Part shown: positions 39,673-52,313 of the stretch, piece by piece | How positions within the stretch are numbered: position 1 is the stretch's first letter | Layout: each line of letters opens with the position of its first letter | Source: Squalus acanthias | Taxonomy: Eukaryota | Direction of reading: 5' to 3' | Assembly: GCA_030390025.1 (NCBI GenBank) | Contig: CM059432.1 | Location: forward strand, 147,004,001 to 147,068,000 | Length of the DNA stretch: 64,000 bases | The notes under the pieces: generated by a model | Told to the model about the DNA's origin: nothing | What the model saw: the letters and a program-made list of their open reading frames with translations, nothing else | Databases searched by the model: none | Made by a program: the position numbers and the translations under genes

Positions 39673-40372
39673 TGTTGCTGTTGGCTTCAATTCACAGCTT
39701 ACCAGGTCACAAAGAGGAATAGAGAGACAGCAGGACAGATAGAAAGAGAGTGCAAATAAGAAAGATAGTAGCACTCTACGAAAAGTTATTTAGTAAACTT
39801 GACTGATGGGTGCATCAGCCACTATGAAGTAACTGTTCAACAGTGCTCCTCACGCTTCACATGCCAAGGCTGCATATCTTACATCACATCGAACTTTATA
39901 GCACAGAAACAGGCCATTCGGCCCGAGAGGTCGGTGCTGGTGTTTCTGCTCCACACGAGCCTCCTCCCACCTTATTTCATCTCACCCTATCAACATATCT
40001 TGAATTTGGGCTCAGCCCAATTCACAGCCCCCCCAGGATTTTCTATCTTATAAAACTATCAGATAGAAAATGGTGATGACCACAAATTGGGTGCACATGC
40101 AAATTACTTGCTTCCGGAGTGCCAGGCTTGCGCCAGGAGCACTGAAGCGGAAAATTGACCTCATATCAGTAGTGCCTTCTTCATTTTATTTATATGACTG
40201 ATCTTTTTATTTGCTTTTTGTGCAGTTTGCAAAATATAATTTATTGCTCAGCTAAGAGAGAAGATTTCCTCTATGTGATACGCAAAATCATAAATGCTTT
40301 TTTAAGGAACACATATACAATTTTATACACAGCAAAGGAAATCTCTCCCTTAGGAGTCATAATTTACAGAAT

Positions 40373-41246
40373 GGGCCATATTTTCCGATCGGAGGCTTCC
40401 CACGTGCGGAGGCCTCCAATCTGGAAAAAATCTATGGACTTACCTGAGGGCTATCAGTCAAGTTTACTAAATAACTTTTCGTAGAGTGCTACTATCTTTC
40501 TTATTTGCACTCTCTTTCTGTCTGTCCTGCTGTCTCATCTATTCCTCTTTGTGACCTGAGGGCTCCCGAGGTCCTGGACACTTCCGCTCCTGGGCCTCTC
40601 CACAGTTGAAATGCGCAGGGCCCACGTAGCCCAGGGGCGCAGGCGGTTCACAAGCGTCCCTGGGATCACGTGGGCCATAGGAAGCCAATAGGAGAAGGGA
40701 ATCTCCCTTCATACACTTGACAGATAGACCTGTCAAATATATGAATGGAGATCAGCCCAAAAACACATCAAAACATTAAATAAATGTTAAAAAAACCATC
40801 ACGTTTTTAAAATGAGTTGAAATTACAATAAATTAAATATTTTAAACAAAAATTTAATTTTTTGAAAAAATAATTAAAGTTTTTTACGGGGCTAAAAATA
40901 AACTTACCTTTTTTAAAAGTATTTTTAAATGATAAATGAGTAAAAAAATAATAATTTTTTTTTAGCTTTTTTTCAACTCTTATGCTGGTAAAAGCAGGCC
41001 TTACGCAGGCTTTTACCAGGCGTAAGATTTCTAAGTGTTTTCAGCGGGCGGAGGTTCTCCAGAAAGCGGAACTATCCGCCCGCAGAGGCCCTTCTCCAGG
41101 GCAGGCGTCCGATCTGTCAAGAGCATTCTTGACAGATTAGAAATACCAGTTTTCAGCGCATGCACTTGGCATGCCTGAAACCGGCATTTCTGATGTTCCT
41201 ACGGGTGCACCTCGTACACACCCATAGGCATCGGAATATACGGCCC
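40373..41246 (-). mobile_element. MITE family B, copy 3, carrying a templated insertion
   Basis: TIRs GGGCCATATTTTCCGAT/ATCGGAATATACGGCCC with an AAT TSD (40370-72 and 41247-49). Confidence 0.85.
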
Positions 41247-42534
41247 AATGACTGTCACTGGATGATAAGAGGTTGTAAATATGGAACAGAATGGATACAG
41301 CATGGTGCCTTCCACACTATGGCACAAAGCGGGTTAAGATTTCCACTCTCCATCTTTGTATGTGACTTTAGACTTATAATGACATTTCCAACCTCGTATC
41401 AGTCTGCACTCTGGTTCAGGACTGTAGTGCTCTGATGAGCTGTGTCATGGTTTGGTAAAGCAGAGGTTTGTGCACTGATTTCTCACACGACAAGCTCCAT
41501 CTCTCCTTTCTGCCATTGGTGGAGCCAGTTAGGTTAGAACCTCCTCTGCATGAAGGACAGGAAAATTGGCAGCTGCGTCCACTCTTGGTGCTTTTGTTTT
41601 GAGACCAACAGAAGAGCCCTGGGAACAGGTCCTTTGTGTGGCCTCTTGTAGGATAGTGCGTGGAAGTAAGAAAAATAAATGAGCACATCCACGGCACTGT
41701 GGGGCAAATCACTGCACAGGAGAGCAGAGCAAACTGTAGAAATGCAGTGGTCATAGGGGATTCGATAGCCAGGGGGATAGACAGGCATTTCTGCAACCAC
41801 TGACGTGAGTCTCGCATGGTGTGTTGCCTCCCTGATACCAGGGTAAAGGACATCACTGAACGGACATAGACCATTTTGCGGGGGAAGGGGAACAGCCAGC
41901 AGTCATGGTCCATGTTGGAACCGATGATGTAGTTAGGAAAAGGGTTGAGGTCCTACAGACAGAGTTTCAGGAGCTAGAGAGGAGGTTAAAGAACAGAACC
42001 AAGGTAGTAATCTCTAGATTACTTCCAGTGCCATGTGCTAGTGAGTGCAGGAGCAGTAAGGCAAGACATGCTAATGTGTGGCTGGGGAAATGGTGCAGGA
42101 GGGAGGGCTACAGATTCCTGGGGCATTGGGACCAGTTCTGGGGTAGGAGGGACCTGTTCAAAATGGGTGGGTTGCACCTCAACAGGACTGAGACCAATGT
42201 CCTCTCAAGGAGGTTAGCTAGTACTGTGGCAGAGGGTTGAAACTAATTTGGCAGAGGGATGGGCACCAGGATGAAACATTAGAGAGGAGAAACAAAGTAC
42301 ACAGAGGGCTGGGAGAGACAAATAGCACTAGAATAAAGAGTACTCCAGGAATAGGAGGGATCAGACAGAGGGGAAATATAAGGCAGACTAAAATGGGTTT
42401 AGAGTACATGTGCGAAAAATGCCCAGAGCACGATACATAAGGTTGGTAAACTACAGGCACAAGTGGCCACGTGGGATTGATATCGTGGCAATAATGGAGA
42501 CCTGGCTCAAGCAAGGGGAGGAATGGGCACTGGC

Positions 42535-43095
42535 TACAATGCCTCCGCAAGATCCTGCAAATCCATTGGCAGGATGGGCGCACCAACGTCAGTGTTCTTG
42601 CTCAGGCCAACATCCCCAGCATCGAAGCTTTGACAATGCTCGATCAGCTCCGATGGACGGGTCATATTGTCCGCATGCCCAATACGAGACTCCCAAAACA
42701 AGTGCTCTACTCGGAGCTCCGGCACGGCAAGAGAGCCCCAGGTGGGCAGAGGAAACGCTTCAAGGACACCCTCAAAGCCTCCTTGAAAAAGTGTAACATC
42801 CCCACTGACACCTGGGAATCCCTGGCCCAAGACCGCACAAAGTGGAGGAGAAGCATCCGGGAAGGCGCTGAACACCTCGAGTCTCTTCGCCGGGAGCAAG
42901 CGGAAGCCAAGCGCAGGCAGCGCAAGGAGCGCACGTCAACCCAAGCACCCCACCCACCTGTTCCTTCAACCACCGTCTGCCCCACCTGTGACAGAGACTG
43001 TAGGTCCCGCATTGGACTCATCAGTCACCTGCGAACTCATTTTTAATGTGGAAGCAAGTCATCCTCGGTTCCGAGGGACTGCCTAAGAAGAAGAA
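42535..43095 (+). mobile_element. RTE-clade LINE 3' end
   Basis: QLRWTGHIVRMP..RLPKQVLYSEL..GKRAPGGQRKRFKD, a C-terminal C2H2 finger (CPTC...HLRTH) and an (AAG)n tail. Confidence 0.88.
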
Positions 43096-43152
43096 GAGAA
43101 GAAAGATAGGGAAGGAAAAATATGAGTAGCACTACTCAAATGGGCAGCAAGA

Positions 43153-43570
43153 ATGAGTTTAGAAGAATGAAAGGGGATCTCATTGAAACGCATAAAATTC
43201 TGACAGGGCTAGACAGACTGAATGCAGGGAGGATGTTTCCCCTGGCTGGGGGCTCTAGAACGAGGGGTCACAGTCTCAGGATACGGGGTAGGACATTTAG
43301 GACTGAGGTGAGGAGAAATTTCTTCACTCAGAGGGTGGTGAACCTGTGGAATTCTCTACCACAGAAGGCTGTGGAGGCCAAATTACTGAATATATTTAAG
43401 AAGGAGATAGATAGATTTCTAGACACAAAAGGCATCAAGGGGTATGGGGAGAGAACGGGAATATGGTATTGAGATAGAGAATCAGCCATGATCATATTGA
43501 ATGGTGGAGCAGGCTCGAAGGGCCGAATGGCCTACTCCTGCTCCTATTTTTCTATGTTTCTATGTTTCTA
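43153..43570 (+). mobile_element. CR1 3' fragment
   Basis: RRMKGDLIETHKIL...RVVNLWNSLP plus (TTCTATG)n. Confidence 0.88.
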
Positions 43571-44179
43571 GTACTAATGAAATAAATTTTTACAGCACTA
43601 GAAAAGGATGATGTACTTGAGGATTCAAAGACAGAATCTGTTTGGTTAGAATTAAGGAACAATAGACGAGCTATTACGCTGCTGGGTGTATGCTATAAGC
43701 CACCAAAGAGAGGGAAGGAAATAGAGGGGCCAATTTGCAGGCAAATTACAGAAAGATTTAACAACTTTAGAGCAGCGATAATGGGGAGCTTCAATTATCT
43801 GAATATAGACTGGGAAAATAACAGTGTAAAGGACAAAGAGGGGGAGACACTCCTGAAATACATACAAGAGAACTTTGTTGATCAGCATGTTTCCAGCCCA
43901 ACGAGGAAGGAAGCAGTGCTGGATCTAGTTCTGGGGAATGAAGTGGGGCAAGTGGAGCACGTGTCAGTGGGAGAGTATTTGGCAAACAGTGATCACAATA
44001 TCATTAGGTTTAGAGTAGTTATGGAAAAGGACAAGTAATAATCAAATGTGAAAATATTTAACTGGAGGAGGGATAATTTCAGTAAATTGAAAAGGGATTT
44101 GGCCCAGGGGGATTGGCATCAAAGCTTGGCAGGTAAAACAGTAAATTTGCAATGGAAGGAAGAAAGAAAGTCTTTAAAT

Positions 44180-44546
44180 AAAGACATTTCTATAGCGCCT
44201 TTCATGACCACCGGACGTCCCAAAGCGCTTTACAGCCAATTAAGTACTTTTGAAGTGTAGTCACTGTTGAAATGTAGCAATCATGGCAGCCAATTTGCGC
44301 ACAGCAAGCTCCCACAAGCAGCAATGTGATAATGACCAGAAAATCTGTTTTTGCGATGTTGATTGAGGAATAAAAATTGGCCAGGACACCAGGGTTAACT
44401 CCCCTGCTCTTCTTAAAATAATGCCATGGGATCTTTTACGTCCACCCGAGAGAGCAGATGAGGCTTCGGTTTTAATGTCTCATCCGAAAGACGAAACCTC
44501 TGACAGTGCAGCACTCCCTCAGTACTGCACTGGAGTGTCAGCCTAG
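44180..44546 (-). mobile_element. Deu-domain SINE (SacSINE1/AmnSINE1-like), 5'-truncated
   Basis: Reverse complement of 48615-48990. Confidence 0.75.
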
Positions 44547-44636
44547 GAGATAGTTTGGGTACAGACTAGACACATTTTCAAGAGGGGCAAAGGAAGTGCA
44601 CCCAAAGCTTGTGTTCCCTGGATGACTAAAGATATA

Positions 44637-45995
44637 GGGGGCTAAATTCAAAAGCCCCCGAAAACAGGCGCAGGAATTGCAATACGTGATTAACCCATGC
44701 TCATTACTTCCGATGCATGCAGCACACAAACTTCGTGCTGCTTGGTAATTTACACGATTGCAGCATTGAGTTACCGCTAAATGCGCTGTTGAGTAGCTAA
44801 ACGCCTCAGTGGGTGCCCAAGTTTGTGCGAGACTAGCACCACTTAAATCTAGCCTGCATTACTTAAAGCCAGCCTGCACTTCTTAAAGAGGAGGTGCATT
44901 CTGGCTGGAGCGAGACCTGGAAGTGACTGGGGAAGCGATTCTGACCTGGAAGAACACTGAATTATGGTGCAACAGGGGAGATCATGCTCCAAGGTTCTCA
45001 GATGCTGCACTGGAGGCCTTGGTGGAGTAGGTGGACAGGAAGAGAGAGGTCCTCTATCCACAGGGGGCCAGGAGGCCCTCCAGATAAACTCTGCAAAGGC
45101 AGTGGGAGCAGGTAGCTCTGGCGGTCACTGCCAGAAGTCAAGCACCGAGGACCTGGATACAGTGCCGCAAAAATATTAATGACCTCACATGAGTGGTTAA
45201 GGTCCGAGAATTCATCTTCAAATGCCATATCCCACCAACTGCACCATTAGCCTCACCCACTGTTCAATGCACCACACCCCCATCACTCAGCTACCAATCA
45301 CCTCTATCAAACAGGACTCGTACCTGAAATTCATAGCTTCACTTCACCCTCACACATTTACCACTGCTGCAAGCCTCACACCCACATCTCATAGCTTGCA
45401 CACACTGTTAGCTATTCAACCATGACAGGCACATCACCCAAACACATTCCCTCTCTGTTGCAGGACAAGGTGGCTCATAACTGGAGGCAACAGGGGCAAC
45501 CCGTAGGGGGACAGGCGCGCCTGCAGAGGAGACAGTGCTAGACATAATTGGAGCGGCCATTGCTGAGCCCGTGGCCAGCGGCGGGGCTGAAACAATCGAA
45601 GATGACGGTATCCTCATACCTAACCCACCTTTTCAAATCCTACTTGCCCCTCATCCCACAATCTCTTCTGATTTACAGGCTGCAGATGGTGTAAGCATGC
45701 ACCTCTTGCTTTCACTCCTCTGCCCTCACCACAACCTTGCCCTTGTCCCGTTCTCCTTTCAGAGGAGTAAGAACTGGAAGAGAAAAAGGAAGGGATGCTG
45801 AAGACACAGCACCGCCAATCCATTTCACACTCACAGCCATCAGCTCAGATACTGACACTCTGTGTACTTTAGAGGATAGGTTAGACACGGGATCTGCACA
45901 TGGTAAGACACTGGGCACTAATGGCCTACAGCCAGGGCAGGAGGCAAGGCTAGCGCAGGTGCCACCTCCTCGGAGGGCGAGGTCGCACACGATTT
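44637..45995 (+). mobile_element. Harbinger element fragment with a spliced Myb/SANT-like (NAIF1-type) gene, decayed
   Basis: PRFSDAALEALVE...EVLYPQG...WEQVA...RTWIQCRKNIND, then a short intron and exon 2 DKVAHN. Homologous to 58470-62800 (minus). Confidence 0.75.
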
Positions 45996-47200
45996 AGAAT
46001 CAGGAATCATAGAAATTTATGGCACAGGAGAAAGCCATTCGGCCCATCGTGTCTGTGCCAGCCAAATCCCACTTTCCAGCTCTTGGTCCGTAGCCCTGTA
46101 GGTTACGGCACTTCAAGTGTATATCCAAGAATTTTTTAAATGCAATGAGGGTTTCTGCCTCTACCACCCTTTCAGGCAGTGAGTTCCAGACCCCCACCAC
46201 CCTCTGGGTGAAAAAAGTTCTCCTCAACTCCCCTCTAATCTTTCTACCAATTACTTTAAATCTATGCCTAGTTATTGACCTCTCTGCTAAGAGAAATAGG
46301 TCCTTCCTTTCCACTCTACCCAGGCCCCTCATAATTTTATACACATGAGTCAAGTCCCCCCTTAGCCTTCTCCGTTCCAAAGAAAACAACCCCAGCCTAT
46401 CCAATCTTTCTTCATAGCTAAAATTCTCCAGTCCTGGCAACATCCTCGTAAATCTCCTCCATACCCTCTTTAGAGCAATCACATCTTTCCTGTAATGCGG
46501 TGACCAGAACTATATGCAGTACTCTAGCTGTGGCCTAACTAGTGTTTTATACAGTTCTAGCATAACCCCCCGGCTCTTATATTCTATGCCTCAGCTAATA
46601 AAGGAAAGTATCCCGTATGCCTTCTTAACCACCCTATCTGCCTGTCCTGCTATCCTCCGGGATCTGTGGACTCCAAGGTCCCTCTGTTCCTTTACACTTC
46701 TTAGTATCCTATCATTTATTGTGTATTCCCTTGCCTTGTTAGCCCTCCCCAAATGCATTACCTCACACTCCTCCGGGTTGAATTGCATTTGCCACTTGTC
46801 TGCCCACCTGACCAGTCCATTGATATCTTCCTGCAGTCTACAGCTTTCTTCCTCACTCTCAACCACACTGCCAATTTTTGTATCATCTGCAAACTTCTTA
46901 ATCATGGCCCCTACATTGAAGTCTAAATCACTGATATATAGCACAAAAAAGCAAGGGACCTAGTACTGAGCCCTGCGGAAACAGCCTTCCAGTCACAAAA
47001 ACACCCGTCGACCATTACCCTTTGCTTCCTGCCACGTAGCCAATTTTGGATCCATCTTGCCAATTTCCCTTGGACTCCAGGGGCTTTTACTTTTCTGACC
47101 AGTCTGCCGTGTGGGACCTTGTCAAAAGCCTTGCTAAAATCCATGTAGACTACATCAAACGCGCTACCCTCATCGACCCTCCTCGTTAACTCCTCAATAA
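45996..47200 (-). mobile_element. CR1 LINE 3' part
   Basis: YMDFSKAFDKVPH; KFADDTKIG; C-terminus and tail. Confidence 0.9.
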
Positions 47201-48530
47201 AAACAAGTACAAACACGCTATGTACATAAAGAAAGCAAAGAATTACAGGAAGTCACCCAATGCAATATGTTTGTGTGTGACGCATCACTCCATTTCTTTT
47301 GTATAATTAACTGTTTACTGTAAACATCTTTTACCAAGGTTTGCTGGAAATCTGAATGTTTGGAAGCACAATAAAATCTAATAACGTCATCACTTTTCCT
47401 TTCAGAAATGTCACTTTATTGCATCAGTGAAGACAGGTGTTAATGTGCAGATCAGTTAAAATTACAGGTTTGCCGGGTTACTGTACAGAATATACTGTAT
47501 GAAGAACACTTTGTGTGAATTAATATCAGTACTGATATGAAAACTTACGGCTATTTTTGCCTGAACGCCTCAATTAAGAGCCCTGCGTATATACATGTTG
47601 TTCAGCGTTGAAATTACAACATTGGTGTTAGCATTTTGGGGGTCTTCAGCATGGTTCCTCACGCCCTCCCACCCGTCAGAGATTGATCCCCGGCACGTCT
47701 CATCCCCAAACGCGACACGACACTTTTCAATCAAACCTCCTCACATTTTTATGCATTTTTATGCAAAATCTTCTACTGTTGTTTGTTTCGAAGTCCAGAA
47801 ATTGCCTACATCAACAAAGCAATCAACTGGGTATGAACATCTCCAGAGTTTGTGTTCAGCAGTGGATAGAGGGCCCTCAAGCTACAAAGAGAAATTTGCA
47901 GTAAATATGGGGGAACATGACCCTGGGTTTTAACATGCTGATGTGTCTCGATGATGTTGGAGCCTATTTGACCATCCTAATAAGTATATCTGGCTGGTGA
48001 GACTGCAGGCTGAGAGCATTCATTTGGAAAAATTATTCTGAATTGTCAGTGAAGAACTTGAGGACAAAAGATCAAAGATGATGCCTTGACTAAAACAAGA
48101 GAAAATCCCATATGGTAGCAGATTTGTGGAACAGACTCAGAGCAAATGCAATTCATGCTGTCCTTCAAAAATTTAATATTTCGTGCTTCATGTGCTGCCA
48201 AAACTGAGGAAAAGTCATCTATGGAGACCAGTTGACCAGGGTTGGATCAAGAAAATGTGGGAAGGGATAGGAGGACATTCTAGAGCTTTATTTGATTAAT
48301 TTTGGGGACAAGGAACAAATTATGCCCAACTTTCCTTTTAATACACAAATCATTCCTCTGTCTAAACCAATGCCTGTGTAGTGTGCGATGTTGATGTACA
48401 TGGTGTTCATTCCACAAGAGTGCAAGCCGCAGATAGTGGTATAAAACATAGCTCGATTCTCTGACCGCCACTCACTACTAGCGAGCCTCTGCCCCGGCAG
48501 CAGAGCCTTGTGAAACTCTACCAGATGTCA

Positions 48531-48995
48531 GCTGTGTCTCAGTGGGTCGCACACTCGCCTCTGAGTCAGAGGGTTGTGGGTTCAAGTCCCACTCCAGGGA
48601 CTTGAGCACATAAAGCTAGGCTGACACTCCAGTGCAGTGCTGAGGGAGTGCTGCACTGTCAGAAGTGCTGTCTTTCGGATGAGATGTTAAACTGAGGCCC
48701 CGTCTGCTCTCTCAGGTGGATGTAAAAGATCCCATAGCCACTATTTCGAAGAAGAGCTGGGGAATTATACCCGGTGTCCTGGCCAATATTTATCCCTCAA
48801 TCAACATAACAAAAAACAGATTATCTGGTCATTATCACATTGCTGTTTGTGGGAGCTTGCTGTGCGCAAATTGGCTGCCGCGTTTCCCACATTACAGCAG
48901 TGACTACACTTCAAAAAAGTACTTCATTGGCTGTAAAGCGCTTTGAGACGTCCGGTGGTCGTGAAAGGCGCTATATAAATGCAAGTCTTTTCTTT
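48531..48995 (+). mobile_element. Near full-length tRNA-derived Deu-domain SINE (SacSINE1/AmnSINE1-like)
   Basis: B box GGTTCAAGTCC, central ...TCTTTCGGATGAGATGTTAAAC...GTAAAAGATCCCAT, and an L2-like tail AAAGGCGCTATATAAATGCAAGT. Possible ATGTCA TSD. Confidence 0.8.
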
Positions 48996-49169
48996 ATGTC
49001 ATCCACTACACCAGATGATTCGCAGTTTATATCTTTTATTGGCACATATTTCACTGAGCTCGGCACATCCCTAGTTACAGATATTTACTAGATAGTTAGA
49101 AGAAGACAGCATTGGTTCTGCATCATTCCTACTTTTGCCTATTTTCAGTAAACAGTAATATTCTGTTCA

Positions 49170-49546
49170 CATAGGGCCAGAGGAATTTAAGCTGATTAAG
49201 GAATTGATAGGGTGGATCGAGAGAAACTATTTTCTCTGGTGGGGATTCTAGAACAAGAGGACATAATCTTAAAATTAGAGCTAGGCTGTTCAAGGGTGAT
49301 GTCAGGAAGCACTTCTTCACACAAAGGATAGTTGAAATCTGGAACTCTCTCCCCCAAAAAGCTGTTGAGGCTGGGGGTCAATTGGAAATTTCAAAACTGA
49401 GATTGCTCGGTTTTTGTTAAGCAAAGGTATTACGGGTTATGGAACCAAGTCAGATAGATGGAGTTAAGATACAGATCAGCCATGATATAATTGAATGACT
49501 GAACAGGCTCAATGGGATGAATGGCCTCCTCCTGTTCCTATGTTCC
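49170..49546 (+). mobile_element. CR1 3' fragment
   Basis: RTRGHNLKI...RKHFFTQRIVEIWNSLP plus tail. Confidence 0.75.
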
Positions 49547-49681
49547 TATGGGTGTTTATATCCCCTGTGAATAAGAACACTTTTTAAATTTGTTCTTGGG
49601 ATGTGGGTGACATTGGCAAGGCTACATTTATTGTTGATCCCTAGTTGCCATGGAAGGGGGTGGTAGTCGCTGAAGCAGCAT

Positions 49682-50005
49682 ACACACACTGAGGTAGTAC
49701 ACGCTGTGTAACAGTGTACACGCACTGAGGTAGTACACACTGTGTAACAGTGTACACACACTGAGGTAGTACACGCTGTGTAACAGTGTACACGCACTGA
49801 GGTAGTACACACTGTGTAACAGTGTACACGCACTGAGGTAGTACACACTGTGTAACAGTGTACACACACTGAGGTAGTACACGCTGTGTAACAGTGTACA
49901 CGCACTGAGGTAATACACGCTGTGTAACAGTGTACACGCACTGAGGTAGTACACGCTGTGTAGCAGTGTACACGCACTGAGGTAGTACACACTCTGAATC
50001 AGTGT
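49682..50005. repeat. 36-bp minisatellite, about 9 copies
   Basis: Unit ACTGAGGTAGTACACGCTGTGTAACAGTGTACACGC. Confidence 0.92.
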
Positions 50006-50014
50006 ATACACATA

Positions 50015-50213
50015 TGTGAGAAGTCGCACAACACCAGGTTATAGTCCAACAGTTTTATTTGAAATCACAAGCTTTCGGAGCTCTGACTTCACCTGACGAA
50101 GGAGCAGCGCTCCGAAAGCTTGTGATTTCAAATAAAACTGTTGGACTATAACCTGGTGTTGTGCGACTTCTCACATTTGTCCACCCCAGTCCAACACCGG
50201 CATCTCCACATCA
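50015..50213. mobile_element. Short palindromic Penelope-like element (same family as 25634-25841)
   Basis: Perfect 12-bp TSD TGTATACACATA (50003-14 and 50214-25) and inverted arms. Confidence 0.8.
50089..50125 (+). ncRNA. Minimal type I hammerhead ribozyme motif
   Basis: TCAC-CTGACGA(A)-GGAGC-AGC-GCTCC-GAAA-GC-TT-GTGA, the Penelope-type minimal hammerhead layout. Activity untested. Confidence 0.6.
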
Positions 50214-50506
50214 TGTATACACATAGGCACTGTACACACTCTGAAGCTGCACTGCATAAATGCAAATAGTTTTAGATTTCTGTGCAAATGTATGAATCCA
50301 TTTCTTCCCAGAGTAAAGATGTTTAAAATACAGCTCCACAGGCTGCAATGTGTGCCGCTAACTTTGTTATTAGTGCTGCAGCAGGGAAGTGGTATTAAAG
50401 TGCGCTGTGCATTATTGGCTTGTGCTCTGAATCAGCAGGGGAACCTTCTGACTGAATCCATATGAGAACAGCACATTATCCTTTTTCCATCTGCTTTCTT
50501 TTGTAG

Positions 50507-50607
50507 CACTGGATGACAGAACTCGAAATCTTCGCCATCATATTTGCAGCTGCTATTCATGACTATGAGCACACGGGAACTACAAACAATTTCCACATTC
50601 AGACCAG
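50507..50607 (+). CDS. PDE1: PDE1 coding exon (HWMTELEIFAIIFAAAIHDYEHTGTTNNFHIQT-R)
   Basis: Acceptor ctttcttttgtag, 101 bp (phase 0/2), donor AG/gtaac. Carries the metal-binding signature HDxxHxGxxN. Not present in the supplied ORF track. Confidence 0.96.
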
Positions 50608-50924
50608 GTAACATCCAGATTAATGACTTGCTCTCTTCTGTAGAAACAGTTTGTTGCTTTAGCAATTCCCCCCACTCAGTCAATATCGAGAGGCCCCCGC
50701 TGAATTCATCCTGCTGATAACTTACTCACTCATTTTAGGTCTCATCGTGTTGTGAGGCTGTGCATTGAAAAGCTCACACTATGTGAATAATTCTCATTTA
50801 CCCACAATAACCCTCTTTCATTTTTTCGCAGTTCCCTCTCTTTACTCTATCCTGAAGGTGGAGAATCATGAGGGATAGTTGCAAAGGAAAAAGGACCTCT
50901 CTCAGAGATGCACAAAAGCATATG

Positions 50925-51585
50925 CACACATATAGACACACACATGTGTACATATAGACACACATGCACACATAGACACACACATGCAAACATATAGACA
51001 CACACATATAGACACACACATGTAGAGACACACATGTGTACATATAGACACACATGCACACATAGACACACACATGCAAACATATAGACACACACATATA
51101 GACACACACATGTAGAGACACACATGTGTACATATAGACACACATGCACACATAGACACACACATGCAAACATATAGACACACATATAGACACACACATG
51201 TAGAGACACACATGTGTACATATAGGCACACATGCACACATATAGACACACACATGTAGACACACACATGTGTACATAGACACACATGCACACATAGACA
51301 CACACATGCAAACATATAGACACACACATATAGACACACACATGTAGATACACACATGTGTACATATAGACACACATGCACACATAGACACACACATGCA
51401 AACATATAGACACACATATAGACACACACATGTAGAGACACACATGTGTACATATAGACACACATGCACACATAGACACACACATGTAGACACACACATG
51501 TAGACACACACATGTAGACACACACATGTAGACACACACATGTGTACATATAGGCACACATGCACACATATAGATACACACATAC
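50925..51585. repeat. CA-rich compound repeat with ~90-bp higher-order period (resumes at 52315-52390)
   Basis: CACATGTGTA recurs at 50941, 51031 and 51121. Confidence 0.9.
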
Positions 51586-51586
51586 A

Positions 51587-52313
51587 AAAGCAAAATACTG
51601 CGGATGCTGGAAACCTGAAATTAAAACAGAAAATGCTGGAAACACTCAGCAGGTCAGGCAGCATCTGTGGAGAGAGAAACAGAGTTAACGTTTCAGGTCG
51701 ATGACCTTTCGTCAGAACAGGAAAAAGTGAGAGATGTAACACGGTTTTTAAGCAAGTGCAGGGGCAGGAAGAGGGGGGAGGGGAGGAAAGAACAAAAGGG
51801 AAGGTCTGCGATAGGGTGGAAGGCAGGAGAGATTAAATGAAAAAAGGGATGATTGTACAAAGCAAAAGGAGATGGTAATGGGACAAGTAAAGAAACAAAA
51901 GATGGGTCTAGAAGAGGTGTAAATGGGAATGGCAGAATCATCAACAGCTGCCATGTGAAAAAATAGGGGCAGAGGTTATGGTCTGAAATTGTTGAACTCG
52001 ATGTTGAGTCCAGAAGGCTGTAAAGTGCGTAATCGAAAGATGAGGTGCTGTTTCTCGTGCTTACGTTGAGCTTCATTGGAACAGTGTAAGAGGCCGAGGA
52101 TGGAGAGGTCAGAGTGGGAGTGGAGCGGAGAATTAAAGTGACAGGCGACCGGAAGCTCGGGGTCACCCTTACGGACTGAATGGAGGTGTTCCGCAAAGCA
52201 GTCACCCAATCTGCGTTTGGTCTCCCCAGTGTAGAGGAGACCGCATCGTGAGCAGCGAATACAGTATACTAAATTGCAAGAAGTACAAGTAAATCGCTGT
52301 TTCACCTGGAAGG
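51587..52313 (-). mobile_element. Penelope-like element 3' part (GIY-YIG endonuclease)
   Basis: FTCTSCNLVYCIRCSRCGLLYTGETKRRLG..FAEH...GLNIEF, followed by a pLTR-like 3' sequence. Confidence 0.88.
51684..51718 (-). ncRNA. Minimal hammerhead ribozyme motif in the Penelope pLTR
   Basis: GTT-CTGACGA(A)-AGGTC-ATC-GACCT-GAAAC-GTT-AAC on the minus strand. Confidence 0.6.

Larger units (their letters stand above)
41690..44160 (+). mobile_element. CR1 LINE 5' part (ORF1 SGNH/GDSL esterase domain plus ORF2 APE) with nested RTE and CR1
   Basis: VVIGDSI, VHVGTDD, GGLHLN (esterase); AIMETWL, GSFNY, LDLVLG...SDH (APE). Confidence 0.8.

Noticed and set aside
49546..50029. Repetitive ORFs in three frames
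   Set aside because: Artefact of the 36-bp minisatellite.
50798..51742. Long Cys/Val-rich ORFs (247-314 aa)
   Set aside because: They are translations of a CA/TG repeat that is open in all three frames.
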